Translations under genes and position numbers: made by a program
Shown: positions 40,494 through 51,630 of the stretch, piece after piece
Layout of the letters: every line of letters starts with the position of its first letter
Position numbering within the stretch: the stretch's first letter is position 1
The notes under the pieces: model-generated
What the model saw: the letters and a program-made list of their open reading frames with translations, nothing else
Told to the model about the DNA's origin: nothing
Databases searched by the model: none
NCBI GenBank assembly: GCA_963798845.1
Contig: CAWCUS010000006.1
Span: 1,216,001 to 1,280,000 of the forward strand
Origin: an uncultured Gemmatimonadales bacterium
GTDB lineage: Bacteria; Gemmatimonadota; Gemmatimonadetes; Longimicrobiales; RSA9
Length of the DNA stretch: 64,000 bases
Reading direction: 5' to 3'

Positions 40494-43400
40494 ATGACCT
40501 CTCACATCGTCGCGTCGGCAGCGTTGCTCTCCCTCGTGGCCGCAGCCCCGGTCGCGCCGCAGGGGATGACGTCCACCGTGGCCGGCCACCCGATCGGCCC
40601 CTGGCTCGTGGCCGGCACGTTCCCGGTGGACACCGGCCCGGCCCGGGTCACGCGTGCGTACCTCCCGGACGAGGGCGGACTGACGCCGGCGGCCGGCAAT
40701 GCGGCGGGCGGGTGGACGTGGCGCGTGGTGCCCGTGGACGGAATGGGGCGCATCGACTTCAACCGCGTGTACGAGGGTGCGCGCCAGACCGAGCAGGCGG
40801 CGGCGTACGCGCTGACGTACCTGCGCAGCCCCGACGAACGGACCGTCGCGCTGGCCGTCGAGACCGACGACGACGGGCGACTCTGGCTGAACGGCCACCT
40901 GGTCTACTCCAGGGAGGTCGCACGGGGAGTGGGGCAGGCCGACACCGTGACCCTTCGCCTCTCGCGGGGCGTGAACCGCCTCCTGTACAAGGTGGTGAAC
41001 CGCTCGGGCGGGTTCGGCATGGGTGCACGTCTTCTGGACTCGAGCCCGGGTCCCGTGGCCGACCTCGCGGCGTCCGTCGAGCGGCCGGTGCGCGACCAGC
41101 TGGCGGGGCCACCCTCGCCGGGCGTGACCGTCGGGCCGGTTCGGCTGGCCGGGTGGCCAGTGCTCGCGCCGGAGCGAGGCGACCTGGTCCTCCCGCTGAC
41201 CCTGCCGGTGACGCGCTGGGGCGGACTCGACGCGCCCGTCGAGCTGAGGGTGGGGTCCGCCAGGGTGGCCGTGCCGGCGCCCCGGGGGGCCGGCGCTTCG
41301 GACACCGTCGAGCTGACGGCGGAATGGGGGGAGCTGGCCCGACAGGCGTTGCGACACGGCGCGGCGGTACGGGCGGTTTCGGGAGGGCGGGAGCTGGCGG
41401 GTGCGCCCGTGGGGCTTGCGGCCGCGGACCTGCTGTCCGTTCTGTCGTGGCCGATGGAGGTGCAGGGCTGGCTCCGCACCGCGGCCGCCGACGCGCGCGC
41501 GCCCGGCGGCGCCGGCTGGGCGCCGCTCCGCGGGCACGCGCCCACGGCCGTGGGCGACACCGCGGCGGGCGCCATCGGCGTGTCCCTCCGCGTGCCGCCG
41601 GCGCTGGACGGGCTCGCGCTGGATCTGGAAGCCGCGGAATACGGCCCGGATGCGTCGATCCTGGTGAACGGGCGCGCGGTCGCCCGGGACTCGCTGGGGC
41701 GGGCGCCCCTGTGCGACGGCTGCCGGGCGGGCGCCAGCCTGGGGATCGTGGTCCGCCCGGGCCGCGACATCTGGTGGGACCCTCCGCGGCTGCGCGTGCG
41801 CGAGATCGGCTGGCGGGAAGTGGCCGAGGGCTCGCGATGGGCGCGCTTCTTCACGGGCGACAGCGCCTACGCCCCGCCCGCGCGCGGCCGCCGCGGACTC
41901 GGCGCTGGCGGCGGCGCTGGAGCCCGGGCGCGCCCGCTACCGGGCCATGATCGCGCAGCGCCTGGACGCGCTGGGGCCAGCGGCCGCGGCGGCGAAGCGC
42001 GACACCCTGTGGGCGGTGGGGAACTCGCACATCGACGCGGCGTGGCTGTGGCGCTGGCCGGAGACCGTGGACGTGGTGGACGCCACGTGGGGCACGGCCA
42101 CGAAGCTCATGCGGAAGTACCCGGAGATGCAGTTCGCGGCGTCGTCGGCGCGCTACTACGACTGGCTGGCGGCACGCGACCCGGCGCTGCTCGCGCGGAT
42201 CCGCTCTCTGGCGGCGGCGGGGCGGTGGCACCCGGTGGGCGGGTGGTGGGTGGAAGCGGACGCCAACATGCCGGCGGGCGAATCGTTCGCGCACCAGGCG
42301 CTGTACGGCCAGCGTGAGTATCGGCGGCTGTTCGGCAGGTACGCGCGCGTGGCATGGATCCCGGACACGTTCGGCTACAACTGGCAGCTGCCGCAGATCT
42401 TCCGTGCCTCCGGGCTGGACTTCCTGGTGACGCAGAAGCTGCGCTGGAACGATACCAACCCGTGGACGGCCGATCGCAACGTGTTCTGGTGGCAGGGGCG
42501 CGACGGAACACGGATCCTGACGTACATCCCGTACGGCTACGACCACGACCTGGAGCCGGCCGAGCTCGCCCGTGAGTGGCGTGCGACCGGCGACAGCAGT
42601 GCGGTCGCGGAGACGTACACCCTGTACGGCGTGGGGGACCACGGCGGCGGCCCCACGATGGAGATGCTCGACCGCCGGCGGGCGCTGGCCCGAGTGCCGA
42701 CCTTCCCGCCCGTGCTGGACGCGGCGCCGGACTCCGTGCTCGCGGGGATGCGGGCAGCCATGCCCGCGAACGCGCCGGTGGTGGATGACGAGCTGTATCT
42801 CGAGTACCACCGCGGGGTCCTGACCTCGCAGTCGGAGACGAAGCGGTGGAACCGGCGCATGGAGGGGCTGCTCGGCGCCGCGGAGACGGCCGCGGCCGTG
42901 GCAGCGGAACCGGCCGCGGGGCGCCTGGCCTCCACCGACCGCGGCACGGGGCGTTCGGCGACGCTGGCGTACCCGGCCGAGCGACTTCGCCGGGCCTGGC
43001 GGATCGCGCTGTTCAACCAGTTCCACGACATCCTCCCCGGCTCCGGGATCGGCCCCGTGTACGCGGACGCCGACTCCATGTACCGCGTCGCCGACTCGCT
43101 CGCCGCGTCCGTCCTGTACGACGCCGGCCGCACGCTCGCGGCCGGGCTCGACACGCGCGGACCGTCGCAGGGCGACCGGGCGTTCCTGGTGCTGAACCCG
43201 GGCGGGCGGGCGCGAGCGGGCGTGGTGTCGATCCCGCTGAGCGGACGACGCGGCGCCCGGCGCTCGGCTGCGGACGGTGGAGGAGAGGGCGAGTGGGCGG
43301 CAGAGGTGGTGGATGAGCGAGGGAGCTGGCTCCCGTCGGCGGTCGCGAACGACACCATCTACGTGCGGGTGGCGGACGTGCCGGCCACGGGCGGGAAGCT

Positions 43401-44532
43401 GGTGTTCCTGCGCCAGGGCGAGGCGGCCAGGAGCGCGGAGCCGGTGGCGGAGCCGTTCCGCTGGCTGCGCCGCATGCTCCGCCGCCCCGCCGCTCCGAAA
43501 GTGCTGGAGAACGCGGCCATGCGCGTGGAGATCGACCCCGAGACGGGGGAGATCGCGTCGCTGGTGGACCGGGCGACGGGTCGGGAGATGGTGGCTGCGG
43601 GAGCGCGGGCGAACGTGCTGATGACGCAGCCCGACGAGCCGAGGCAGTGGGACGCGTGGAACATCGACAGCGTGAACGGGCCCTGGACGCCCGTGCGCGG
43701 AGCGGTCACGGTCGGGCCGGTCATGCGGGACGGACTGGGGAAGTGGGTGGAAGTGACGCGGTCGGGTGAGGGCGTGCGGGTGCGCCAGCGCTATCGTCTG
43801 CCGGACATGGCGAGGCGGCTGGACATCGCCACCACCGTGGAATGGTCGGCGTCGCACCGCCTGCTGAAGGCGGCGTTCCCGTGGGCGCTGAGCCCGGACA
43901 GCGTCTGGGCCGAGATCCCGTACGGCGCCATCGGTCGCCCGGCCGTGCCCTCCACGCGCAAGGACAGCGCGCGCTACGAGACGGCCATGGAGCGGTGGGT
44001 CGATGCGTCGGAGGACGGCGCGGGCGTCGCTCTGGTCAACGACGGCAAGTACGGCTACGACGTCCAGGGCGACACGGTCCGGCTGACGCTCCTGAAGGCG
44101 CCGAAGTGGCCGGACCCGGAAGCGGACATGGGCACGCACACGTTCACGTACAGCGTCGTCCCCCACACGGGCGACTGGCGCGCGGCAGAAGTGCTGTCGG
44201 CGGCGGAGGAGCTGAACCGGCCGCTGCGGGCGGTGGCGGTGCGGCCGCACACGGGGACCGGCGTGAGCTTCGGCCTGCTCCACCTGGAGGGCGGGAGCGT
44301 GATCCTGAGCGCGCTCAAGCGGGGCGAGGACGATCCGGCGGTGCTGGTGGTGCGACTGGTCGAGCGGGAAGGACGAACGACCCTCACGCGACTGGTCCTG
44401 CCCGGTCGCTTCGAGGTGCGCGAGGCGGACCTGCTCGAGCGGGCGACGACCGTCGGGCGCGCCGCAGAGGACGGGATCGGCGTCCGGCTGCGCCCGTGGG
44501 AGGTGAAGACGTTGCTGGTGCGGCGGAAGTAG
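40494..44532 (+). CDS. GH38 alpha-mannosidase with long N-terminal extension (+1 frameshift near 41880)
   Basis: SHIDAAWLW, WIPDTFG, GVGDHGGG, ELYLEYHRG, NQFHDILPG, NDGKYG; signal peptide and PA14-like N-terminal domain in the upstream frame. Confidence 0.88.
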
Positions 44533-44626
44533 GCCGGCGGCGAGTCGAGAGCGACAGGGGCACTGCGCGACGCGGGCCGGCGCCAGCACGACTCCGGCGC
44601 GCCGTGAGCGTGCGGCGGCCGCGCCG

Positions 44627-45682
44627 TCACTCGGCGGGCGGGCGGCGCCCCGCCGCCCGGTGCGCGGCATCGATGATCTCCAGCACAGCGACGGCGTCGG
44701 CGGGGTCCACCGGCGGTGGCGTCCCTTCCCGGATGGCGCGGCGCACGCCCTCGTAGAACGCGGTGTAGGCGCCCGGCTCCGTCGGCGTGGTGCGGGAGGC
44801 GACGCCGTCGTCCAGCGTCCCCCAGCGCTCCTCCGGCTCATCGCCGAAGCCGGGCTCGTCAGGGGAGCGGCCTGCGCGGAGCTTCGCTTCCTGGACGTCC
44901 ATGCCGTACTTGGTCCAGCTCGCGCGCGACCCGAGAACCCTGAAGCGCGGCGCAGGGCCGGCGGAGATGACGTTGGCCCAGAGGTGCGAGCGGACGCCGC
45001 TCTCGTGCGTGAGCGCGAGGAAGGCGTCGTCGTCCACGCGTGTTCCGGGGCGGCGGGTGTCCATCTCCACATGGACGTGGCGGACGGGACCGAAGAGCAC
45101 GAGCGCCTGGTCGACGAGGTGCGGCCCCAGGTCGTAGAGGATGCCGCCCCCCTCCGCTGGCGACGGCTCCTGCCGCCACCCCGGCGTCGGCTCCGGGCGC
45201 CAGCGAACGAAGCGCGACTCGAAGCGGAACACCTCGCCCAGCGCCCCCTCCCGGATGAGGCGGCGGAGCGTGAGGAAGTCCCCGTCCCAGCGCCGGTTGT
45301 GGTAGGCGGTGAGCACCCGGTGGCGCTTCCGCGCGGCAGCCACGAGTCGACGAGCGTCCGCCGCGGTGACGGCGAGCGGCTTGTCCACGACGACGTGGAG
45401 CCCGGCGTCCAGGGCGGCGAGGGCGAGCGGGACGTGCGTGCGGTTCGGGGTGGTGATCACCGCCACGTCCAGCGCGCCGGCCATGCGCCAGAGCGCTTCC
45501 GTGTCCGGGACCACGTCGGCGCCGGGGTAGCGCGTCCGGGCGTCGCGCGCGCGTTCCGGGTTTCCGGTGACGATCGCGGCGATGCGGAGTCCCGTCTCGG
45601 CGGCGATGAAGGGAGCGTGGAAAGCCGCGCCTCCGAGGCCGAACCCCACCACGGCCACGCGCAGCGGTGCGTCGGGTGACAT
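44627..45682 (-). CDS. Gfo/Idh/MocA oxidoreductase (YdgJ/IolW-like)
   Basis: GFGLGG..FHAP, VVDKP, HNRRWDGDF, DLGPH. Confidence 0.9.
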   Translation of the reverse strand: MSPDAPLRVAVVGFGLGGAAFHAPFIAAETGLRIAAIVTGNPERARDARTRYPGADVVPDTEALWRMAGALDVAVITTPNRTHVPLALAALDAGLHVVVDKPLAVTAADARRLVAAARKRHRVLTAYHNRRWDGDFLTLRRLIREGALGEVFRFESRFVRWRPEPTPGWRQEPSPAEGGGILYDLGPHLVDQALVLFGPVRHVHVEMDTRRPGTRVDDDAFLALTHESGVRSHLWANVISAGPAPRFRVLGSRASWTKYGMDVQEAKLRAGRSPDEPGFGDEPEERWGTLDDGVASRTTPTEPGAYTAFYEGVRRAIREGTPPPVDPADAVAVLEIIDAAHRAAGRRPPAE

Positions 45683-45723
45683 GGGAGCGATCATGCCGCA
45701 GCCTCGCCCGGGCGTCAACAGGT

Positions 45724-45774
45724 GCACGGAGGGCGGAAGCGTCGCTCGCACGGAGGGCGGAAGCGTCGCTCGCA
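45724..45774. repeat. Perfect 24-bp tandem duplication
   Basis: GCACGGAGGGCGGAAGCGTCGCTC x2 + GCA. Confidence 0.85.
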
Positions 45775-45882
45775 GCCGGTGAACGGCGTGACCACCGCGT
45801 CTCCGGAGGCCCGAACGTTGCTCTGACAGGGGTTGGGGTAGGACGCGTAACTTGCTGTAGATGAGGGAGTTGGAGGTCGCAT

Positions 45883-46572
45883 ATGCAACGCGCTTCGCTG
45901 GTCGTGGCCGGGCTCGCTGCCCTGGTGCTCCAGGTTTCGGACGCGGGTGCGCAGACCGGAGGGCGCCGGCCGGGGCCGGACGCGGCGGCGGCGTTTCGCC
46001 AGGGTACGGCCCAGCTCGAGGCGAAGCGGGTAGGCGAGGCGGTCGATTGGCTGGAGAAGGCGGTGGAGCTGGCGCCGGCGAACGCGCGCTACCACCTGAA
46101 GCTGGCCGCGGCGTACGGAGCGGCAGCGCAGGAGGCGAGCGTCCTGCGCCAGGCCGGGCTGGCCAGGAAGGTGAAGTCGGAGCTGGAGCGTGCCGCGCGT
46201 CTGGACCCGTCGCTGGTGGAGGCGCGTGTGGGGCTGATCCGTTACCACCTGCGGGCGCCCGGGATCATGGGCGGCGACAAGGAGGAGGCGGAGCGCCAGG
46301 CGGAGGTTGTGGCGCGGCTGGATCCGTGGAAGGGGTGGCGCTGGTTGAGCACGGTTTACAGGGCGCTGAACCGCCCGGCCGACGAGCAGCGCGTGCTGCT
46401 GGAAGCGACGCGGACTTTCCCGGACAGCGCGGGGCCGGCGTACCGGCTGGGCGAGCTGAACGAGCGGCTCGGCCGGACGGAGCTGGCGCGGGAGTGGTAC
46501 CGCCGGGCGCTGGCCGTGGAGCCGGCGTTCGAGGCGGCCGAGAAAGCGCTCGCGTCGCTGAAGCGCGGCTGA
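45883..46572 (+). CDS. Secreted tetratricopeptide repeat protein
   Basis: GGAGG RBS, signal peptide, TPR patterns, APGIMGGD. Confidence 0.8.
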   Translation: MQRASLVVAGLAALVLQVSDAGAQTGGRRPGPDAAAAFRQGTAQLEAKRVGEAVDWLEKAVELAPANARYHLKLAAAYGAAAQEASVLRQAGLARKVKSELERAARLDPSLVEARVGLIRYHLRAPGIMGGDKEEAERQAEVVARLDPWKGWRWLSTVYRALNRPADEQRVLLEATRTFPDSAGPAYRLGELNERLGRTELAREWYRRALAVEPAFEAAEKALASLKRG

Positions 46573-46766
46573 GCCCGCGTCGCGGTCCGACCGGGGGAGG
46601 GTGAGCCCGAGGCAGCGACTCCGGCGAAAGTCGCGGGGGGTCGGCCGCGTAGGTGGGCGGGCCGACGGAAACCGGGCGGCCGTCGGCATTGACACCGGGG
46701 ATCGCCGCGGACTACGGTGAACCCCGGACCTTCCTGCCGGCCCGACGCTTCCACAAGGGAGAAAGC

Positions 46767-47510
46767 ATGTCCGAACCTGGCGGTGTTGCCACGGCCTCCC
46801 CGCCGCAGCCTGAAAAGGCCGCGGTCTGGGAGGACTTCATCGACATCTTCTACGAGCCGCGGGCCGTGTACGAGCGGCGGCTCGGGGGGAAGTCGTGGCC
46901 GGTGCTGCTGGTGCTCACGATCCTGCTGACGGCGCTCTTCTTCGCCTGGTACCACGCCTTCGGTGCCGTCTTCGACGTGGAGATGCAGCGGGCCGCCGCG
47001 AAGAGGCTGGCCGACAACGCGGAGTTGAACACCGACCAGCTTCAGCAGATGCGACGAATGGGCCGCATCTTCGGGGTGATCGGCTTCGCTGTCACCTTCC
47101 CGATCGGAGTGGCCCTCACCGCTCTCGTGACGTGGATCCTGGCCCGGGCCATGGGTGCCGTCACGACGTTCGCGGCCATGATGCTGGTGGTCACCTATTC
47201 GCAGATCGTGCGCGTGCCTCAGTTCGTGGCCGGGCTCGTCGAGTCCTTCGTCATGGACGTGAACCGGCTCGACTCCGTCCACGACGTGGGGTTCAGCGCC
47301 GCCCGGTTCCTCGACCAGCCGGCGGCGTCGCAGGTGCTGGTGAACCTGGCGACGCGGGTGGATGTCTTCACGCTCTGGGCTACCGCCCTCATCGCCATCG
47401 GCCTCCAGGTGGCGGCGAAGATGCCGCGCGGAAAAGCGTGGGCGACCGCCGTCCTGGTGTGGATCATCGCTTCGCTGCCACAGCTGGCCGGCGGGCTCTT
47501 CAGCCGCTGA
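46767..47510 (+). CDS. YIP1 family membrane protein
   Basis: IFYEP..VYER, five TM helices, D.FTLW. Confidence 0.75.
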   Translation: MSEPGGVATASPPQPEKAAVWEDFIDIFYEPRAVYERRLGGKSWPVLLVLTILLTALFFAWYHAFGAVFDVEMQRAAAKRLADNAELNTDQLQQMRRMGRIFGVIGFAVTFPIGVALTALVTWILARAMGAVTTFAAMMLVVTYSQIVRVPQFVAGLVESFVMDVNRLDSVHDVGFSAARFLDQPAASQVLVNLATRVDVFTLWATALIAIGLQVAAKMPRGKAWATAVLVWIIASLPQLAGGLFSR

Positions 47511-47531
47511 CGAGCGCGCGCGTTCTGGCGG

Positions 47532-47559
47532 GGCGACGGGGCTGCGAAGCCCCGTCGCC
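47532..47559 (+). terminator. Hairpin after the YIP1 gene
   Basis: GGCGACGGGGC-TGCGAA-GCCCCGTCGCC; no U-tract. Confidence 0.45.
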
Positions 47560-47760
47560 TACGGCGTGCGGATGTCGCTCCCGCGACTCCGTTGCCACGC
47601 TTCGAACAGGCTGTCGAAGCGACGCATCGGCGGGTCCGCCGCATGGGACCGGCCATGAGCTCCACACTCGCGCGGCGAAGAGTCTTGAAGGCGGGAGGTC
47701 GGGACGGTATGGTCCCCGGAGCCCCGACCCTGTCCTGACCCGATCAGTGGAGACCCATCG

Positions 47761-49158
47761 ATGAGGACCCGTGACATCCGCGCGGCTCTGATTGCCGCAG
47801 CAGTCCTGGCGGCGTGCGCGCCGGACGTGCAGCCGGCCACGCAGGCCGCGGCGGTGTCGGACCAGGCGCCGGTCCCGGGGACGCCCGCGTCCTCGGCGCA
47901 GACGGCGCTGTACGAGCTGTTCGTGCGCGACTTCTCGCCGGAAGGCACGCTCCAGGGGGTGATCCGCGGGCTGGACCGGGTGGAGGCCACGGGTGTCGAG
48001 TACGTGTGGCTGATGCCGCTTCACCCGATCGGCGAGCAGGGGCGGAAGGGCCCGGCGGGGGCGCCCGGGTCGTCGTACTCGGTGCGGGACTACCATGCCA
48101 TCAACCCCGATTACGGCACGGATGCGGACCTGAAGGAGCTGGTGTCCTCGATCCACGGGCGAGGGATGAAGGTCATGCTCGGGTGGGTGCCGAACCACAC
48201 GTCGTGGGACAACGTCTGGGTCACCGAGCACCCCGACTACTACGTGCGGGACGAGAACGGCGAGATGACGGTGCCGCGGGACCTGGGCGGGAATCTCACC
48301 GACTGGACCGACGTGGCGCAGCTGGACTACGGCAACGCCGCGCTCAGACAGGCGATGATCGACGCCATGAAGTACTGGCTGGAGACGTTCGACCTGGACG
48401 GCTTCCGCATGGACGTGGCCGGCTTCATCCCCGACACGTTCTGGCAGGACGCCGCGTCGCAGCTGAACGAGGTGAAGCCGGTCCTGCTGCTGGCGGAGTG
48501 GGATTCGCCCGCGATGCTGGAGGACGGCTTCGACATCATGTACCCGTGGTCGTCGTACGGGCGGCTGAAGGAGGTGTGGAAGGGGCGGCGTGCGGCCGAG
48601 TTCATCGAGGGCGAGCTGGACGCGATCCACGCGCTTCCGGCCGGCGGCCTCTACATGCGGATGACGACGAACCACGACGAGACCGCGTGGGACGCCCCGC
48701 CCGTCACGCTCTTCGGCGGACCGGCGGGCGCGCGGGCGGCGTTCGTGGCGGAAGCGCTGCTGCCGGGGCCGCCGATGCTGTACAACGGACAGGAAGTGGA
48801 AAGTCCGCAGCAGCTGGGTCTGTTCGTGAAGCAGGCGATCGACTGGGACCAGGCCGGCGCGGATGAGGCGCGCACCTTCTACCGCACGGTGATCGAGCTG
48901 TCCCGGACGAACCCGTCGCTGTCCGCGCCGGGCGGGCTGGAGATCGTGCGGACGGACGCGGAGCAGGACGTGATCGCCTACCGCCGCGGCGAAGTGGTGG
49001 TCCTGGTGAACGCTCGCCCGCAACCGGTCACGGTGACGGCGCAGGGGGTGGACGTGGCGGGGTGGACGGACCTGCTGACGGGCGCGGCGCAGGAGGGTGC
49101 CGCGGTGTCGCTTCCGGCCTACGGTGCGGTGGTGCTGGCACGCGAGGCGGCGGACTGA
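47761..49158 (+). CDS. GH13 alpha-amylase family lipoprotein
   Basis: LAAC lipobox; WVPNH, GFRMDVA, LAEW, TNHD. Confidence 0.9.
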   Translation: MRTRDIRAALIAAAVLAACAPDVQPATQAAAVSDQAPVPGTPASSAQTALYELFVRDFSPEGTLQGVIRGLDRVEATGVEYVWLMPLHPIGEQGRKGPAGAPGSSYSVRDYHAINPDYGTDADLKELVSSIHGRGMKVMLGWVPNHTSWDNVWVTEHPDYYVRDENGEMTVPRDLGGNLTDWTDVAQLDYGNAALRQAMIDAMKYWLETFDLDGFRMDVAGFIPDTFWQDAASQLNEVKPVLLLAEWDSPAMLEDGFDIMYPWSSYGRLKEVWKGRRAAEFIEGELDAIHALPAGGLYMRMTTNHDETAWDAPPVTLFGGPAGARAAFVAEALLPGPPMLYNGQEVESPQQLGLFVKQAIDWDQAGADEARTFYRTVIELSRTNPSLSAPGGLEIVRTDAEQDVIAYRRGEVVVLVNARPQPVTVTAQGVDVAGWTDLLTGAAQEGAAVSLPAYGAVVLAREAAD

Positions 49159-49240
49159 TCGAGCTGGGGCGACCACACGCGGCGGGGCGGCCGCTCCTGC
49201 CCACCACCCACCACCAGAGGGCCGGCGCCCGTGCTCCGGG

Positions 49241-51625
49241 TCAATATCCTTCCTGCGCGGTGCGCGCGATGATCTCCTCCTGGAGGTCCCGTCCGAGGTC
49301 CACGAAGTAGTCGCTGTAGCCGGCCACGCGGACGAGCAGGTCACGATAGCTCTCGGGGTGCGCCTGGGCGTCCCGGAGCGTCTCCGTATCCACCACGTTG
49401 AACTGGATGTGGTGGCCGCCGAGGCGGAAATACGTGCGGATGAGGTCGGCGAGCCGGTCGATCCCGGTGTCGCCCTCGAGCAGGGAGGGGAGGAAGCGCT
49501 GGTTGAGGAGCGTACCGCCGGACTTCACCTGGTCCATCTTCCCGAGCGAGCGGCAGACTGCGGTGGGGCCGTGGCGGTCGGCGCCGTGGGCGGGCGAGGT
49601 GCCATCGGAGATGGGCAATCCGGCGCGGCGGCCGTCGGGCGAGGCGCCCACTTTCGTGCCGAAGTACACGTGGCAGGTGGTGGACAGCATGTTCAGGTGG
49701 TACTCCCCGCCGCGGGTGTTGGGCCGCCCGTCAATGGCGTCGAACAGGGAGCGGTAGACGCGCTGCATGATGGCGTCGGCGTCGTCGTCATCGTTGCCGT
49801 ACTTGGGCGTGCGGTTGAGGAGCCGCTGGCGGAGCGGCTCCTCGCCATCGAAGTCCCGGGCCAGCGAGCTCAGGAGGGCGTCCATGGCCAGGCGCCGGCG
49901 GACCCCCTCGCCGGCCGGGACGCCCTCGAGCACGTGCGTGCGCAGCGCCGACAGGCTGTCCGTGACCGTGCCGATGCCGCAGCACTGGATGTAGCTGGTG
50001 TCGTAGCGGGCGCCGCCGTCGTTGTAGTCGCGGGCGTTCTCGATGCAGTCGCGGATGACCACGGAGAGGAAGGGCGCGGGAGCGAAGCGGGCATACATGG
50101 ACTCGATGTACTGGCTCACCTCCACCTTCACGTCCACGAAGTGCCGGAGCTGCTTCTCGAACGCGGCGTAGAGGTCGTCGAAGGAGCCGAAAGCGCGCGG
50201 GTCGCCCGTGCGCGGTCCGATCCGCCTCCCGGTGAGGGGATCGACGCCGTCGTTCAGCGCGATCTCCAGGATCTTGGGGAGGTCGAGGTAGCCGGTGAGG
50301 ATGTAGGCTTCCTTGCCGAACGCGCCCGTCTCGATGCAGCCGCTGGTGCCCCCTTCGCGCGCGTCCTCGACCGTCTTGCCCGCCCTCACCTGCTCCGCTA
50401 CCACCACGTCTGCGTTGAAGACCGAGGGATAGCCGAGCCCCTCGCGGATGACCCTGCACGCGGCCTTCAGGAACCGGTCGGGCGTGCGTGCGCTGATCTG
50501 AACGTTGCACTGGGGCTGGAGGAGCCGGATCTCGTCCGCCACCTCCAGGATCAGGTACGACAGCTCGCTCGTGGCGTCGTCGCCATGGGGAGTGAGGCCG
50601 GCGAGATTGATGTTGGTGAAGTCGTTGTATGTCCCGCTCTCCTCCGCCGTCACACCCACCTTGGGCGGCGCGGGGTGGTTGTTGAACTTGATCCAGAGGC
50701 AGGAGAGCAGCTCCTTCGCGCCCTCGCGGTCGAGGACGCCGGCGTTGAGGTCGCGCTCGTAGAACGGGCGCAGGTGGTGGTCCAGGTGGCCGGGGTTCAT
50801 GGCGTCCCAGCCGTTCAGCTCCGTGATGGTCCCGAGGTGGACGAACCAGTACATCTGGATCGCCTCGTGGAAGGTGCGCGGCGCGTGCGCAGGGACCCGG
50901 CGGCAGACGCGGGCAATGGCGAGCAGCTCATCACGGCGTCGCTCGTCCGGCTCCGACGCGGCCATCTCTTCCGCCAGCGAAGCGTGGCGCTCGGCAAAGA
51001 GGATGGCGGCGTGGCAGGCGATGTCCATGGCCTCCAGCTGTTCCGCTTTGCGCGCCGCGTCGGGGTCGCGAAAGTAGTCCAGGCTGCGCGTCCGGTCCGC
51101 GATCTCCGACCGGAAGTCCAGCAGCCCCTTCCGGTAGATCTCGCCATCGAGCGCCGTGTGCCCGGGCGCCCGCTGCTCCATGAACTCCGTGAAGACGCCT
51201 GCGTCGTACGCGTCGAGCCACATCCGCGGGAGGTGTGCGAAGATCCGGTCGCGCATGGAGCGGTCGCGCCAGTAGGGAACGATCTCGCGCTGGTAAACCT
51301 CGATCGCCTGGTCGCTGACGACGTAGCGGGTCCTGTCCCGACCGTCCAGCGTGCGCAGGTCCTCGACCGCGTGGCAGGTCAGCTCCGGGAAGGTGGGGAC
51401 CGCCTTCGGCGCGGGGCCACGCTCGCCCACGATCAGCTCGTCGTCACCGATCCAGAGAGTCTTCTTCTGGCACAGCTCGCGGAACGCCATGGCCCGGAGC
51501 ACCGGGACGGCGCACCGGCCTTCGTTCCTCCGATAGAAGCGCGTGACGATCTCGGCGCGCTCGGTGGATACGGTGGGGACCGCCCGGAAGCTCCGCTCCC
51601 GAAGGCGGGCGACACGGTCGTTCAC
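49241..51625 (-). CDS. hypD: Glycyl radical enzyme, trans-4-hydroxy-L-proline dehydratase
   Basis: EQRAPGH, NGWDA, APPKVGVTAEESGTYNDF, SGCIE, ILTGY, LSTTCHVYFG, RVAGYS. Confidence 0.88.
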   Translation of the reverse strand: MNDRVARLRERSFRAVPTVSTERAEIVTRFYRRNEGRCAVPVLRAMAFRELCQKKTLWIGDDELIVGERGPAPKAVPTFPELTCHAVEDLRTLDGRDRTRYVVSDQAIEVYQREIVPYWRDRSMRDRIFAHLPRMWLDAYDAGVFTEFMEQRAPGHTALDGEIYRKGLLDFRSEIADRTRSLDYFRDPDAARKAEQLEAMDIACHAAILFAERHASLAEEMAASEPDERRRDELLAIARVCRRVPAHAPRTFHEAIQMYWFVHLGTITELNGWDAMNPGHLDHHLRPFYERDLNAGVLDREGAKELLSCLWIKFNNHPAPPKVGVTAEESGTYNDFTNINLAGLTPHGDDATSELSYLILEVADEIRLLQPQCNVQISARTPDRFLKAACRVIREGLGYPSVFNADVVVAEQVRAGKTVEDAREGGTSGCIETGAFGKEAYILTGYLDLPKILEIALNDGVDPLTGRRIGPRTGDPRAFGSFDDLYAAFEKQLRHFVDVKVEVSQYIESMYARFAPAPFLSVVIRDCIENARDYNDGGARYDTSYIQCCGIGTVTDSLSALRTHVLEGVPAGEGVRRRLAMDALLSSLARDFDGEEPLRQRLLNRTPKYGNDDDDADAIMQRVYRSLFDAIDGRPNTRGGEYHLNMLSTTCHVYFGTKVGASPDGRRAGLPISDGTSPAHGADRHGPTAVCRSLGKMDQVKSGGTLLNQRFLPSLLEGDTGIDRLADLIRTYFRLGGHHIQFNVVDTETLRDAQAHPESYRDLLVRVAGYSDYFVDLGRDLQEEIIARTAQEGY

Positions 51626-51630
51626 GGCAG

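Noticed and set aside
49241..51625. Pyruvate formate-lyase, CutC or glycerol dehydratase
   Set aside because: Single-Cys SGCIE loop and HypD-specific motifs; no Cys-Cys pair; no microcompartment genes
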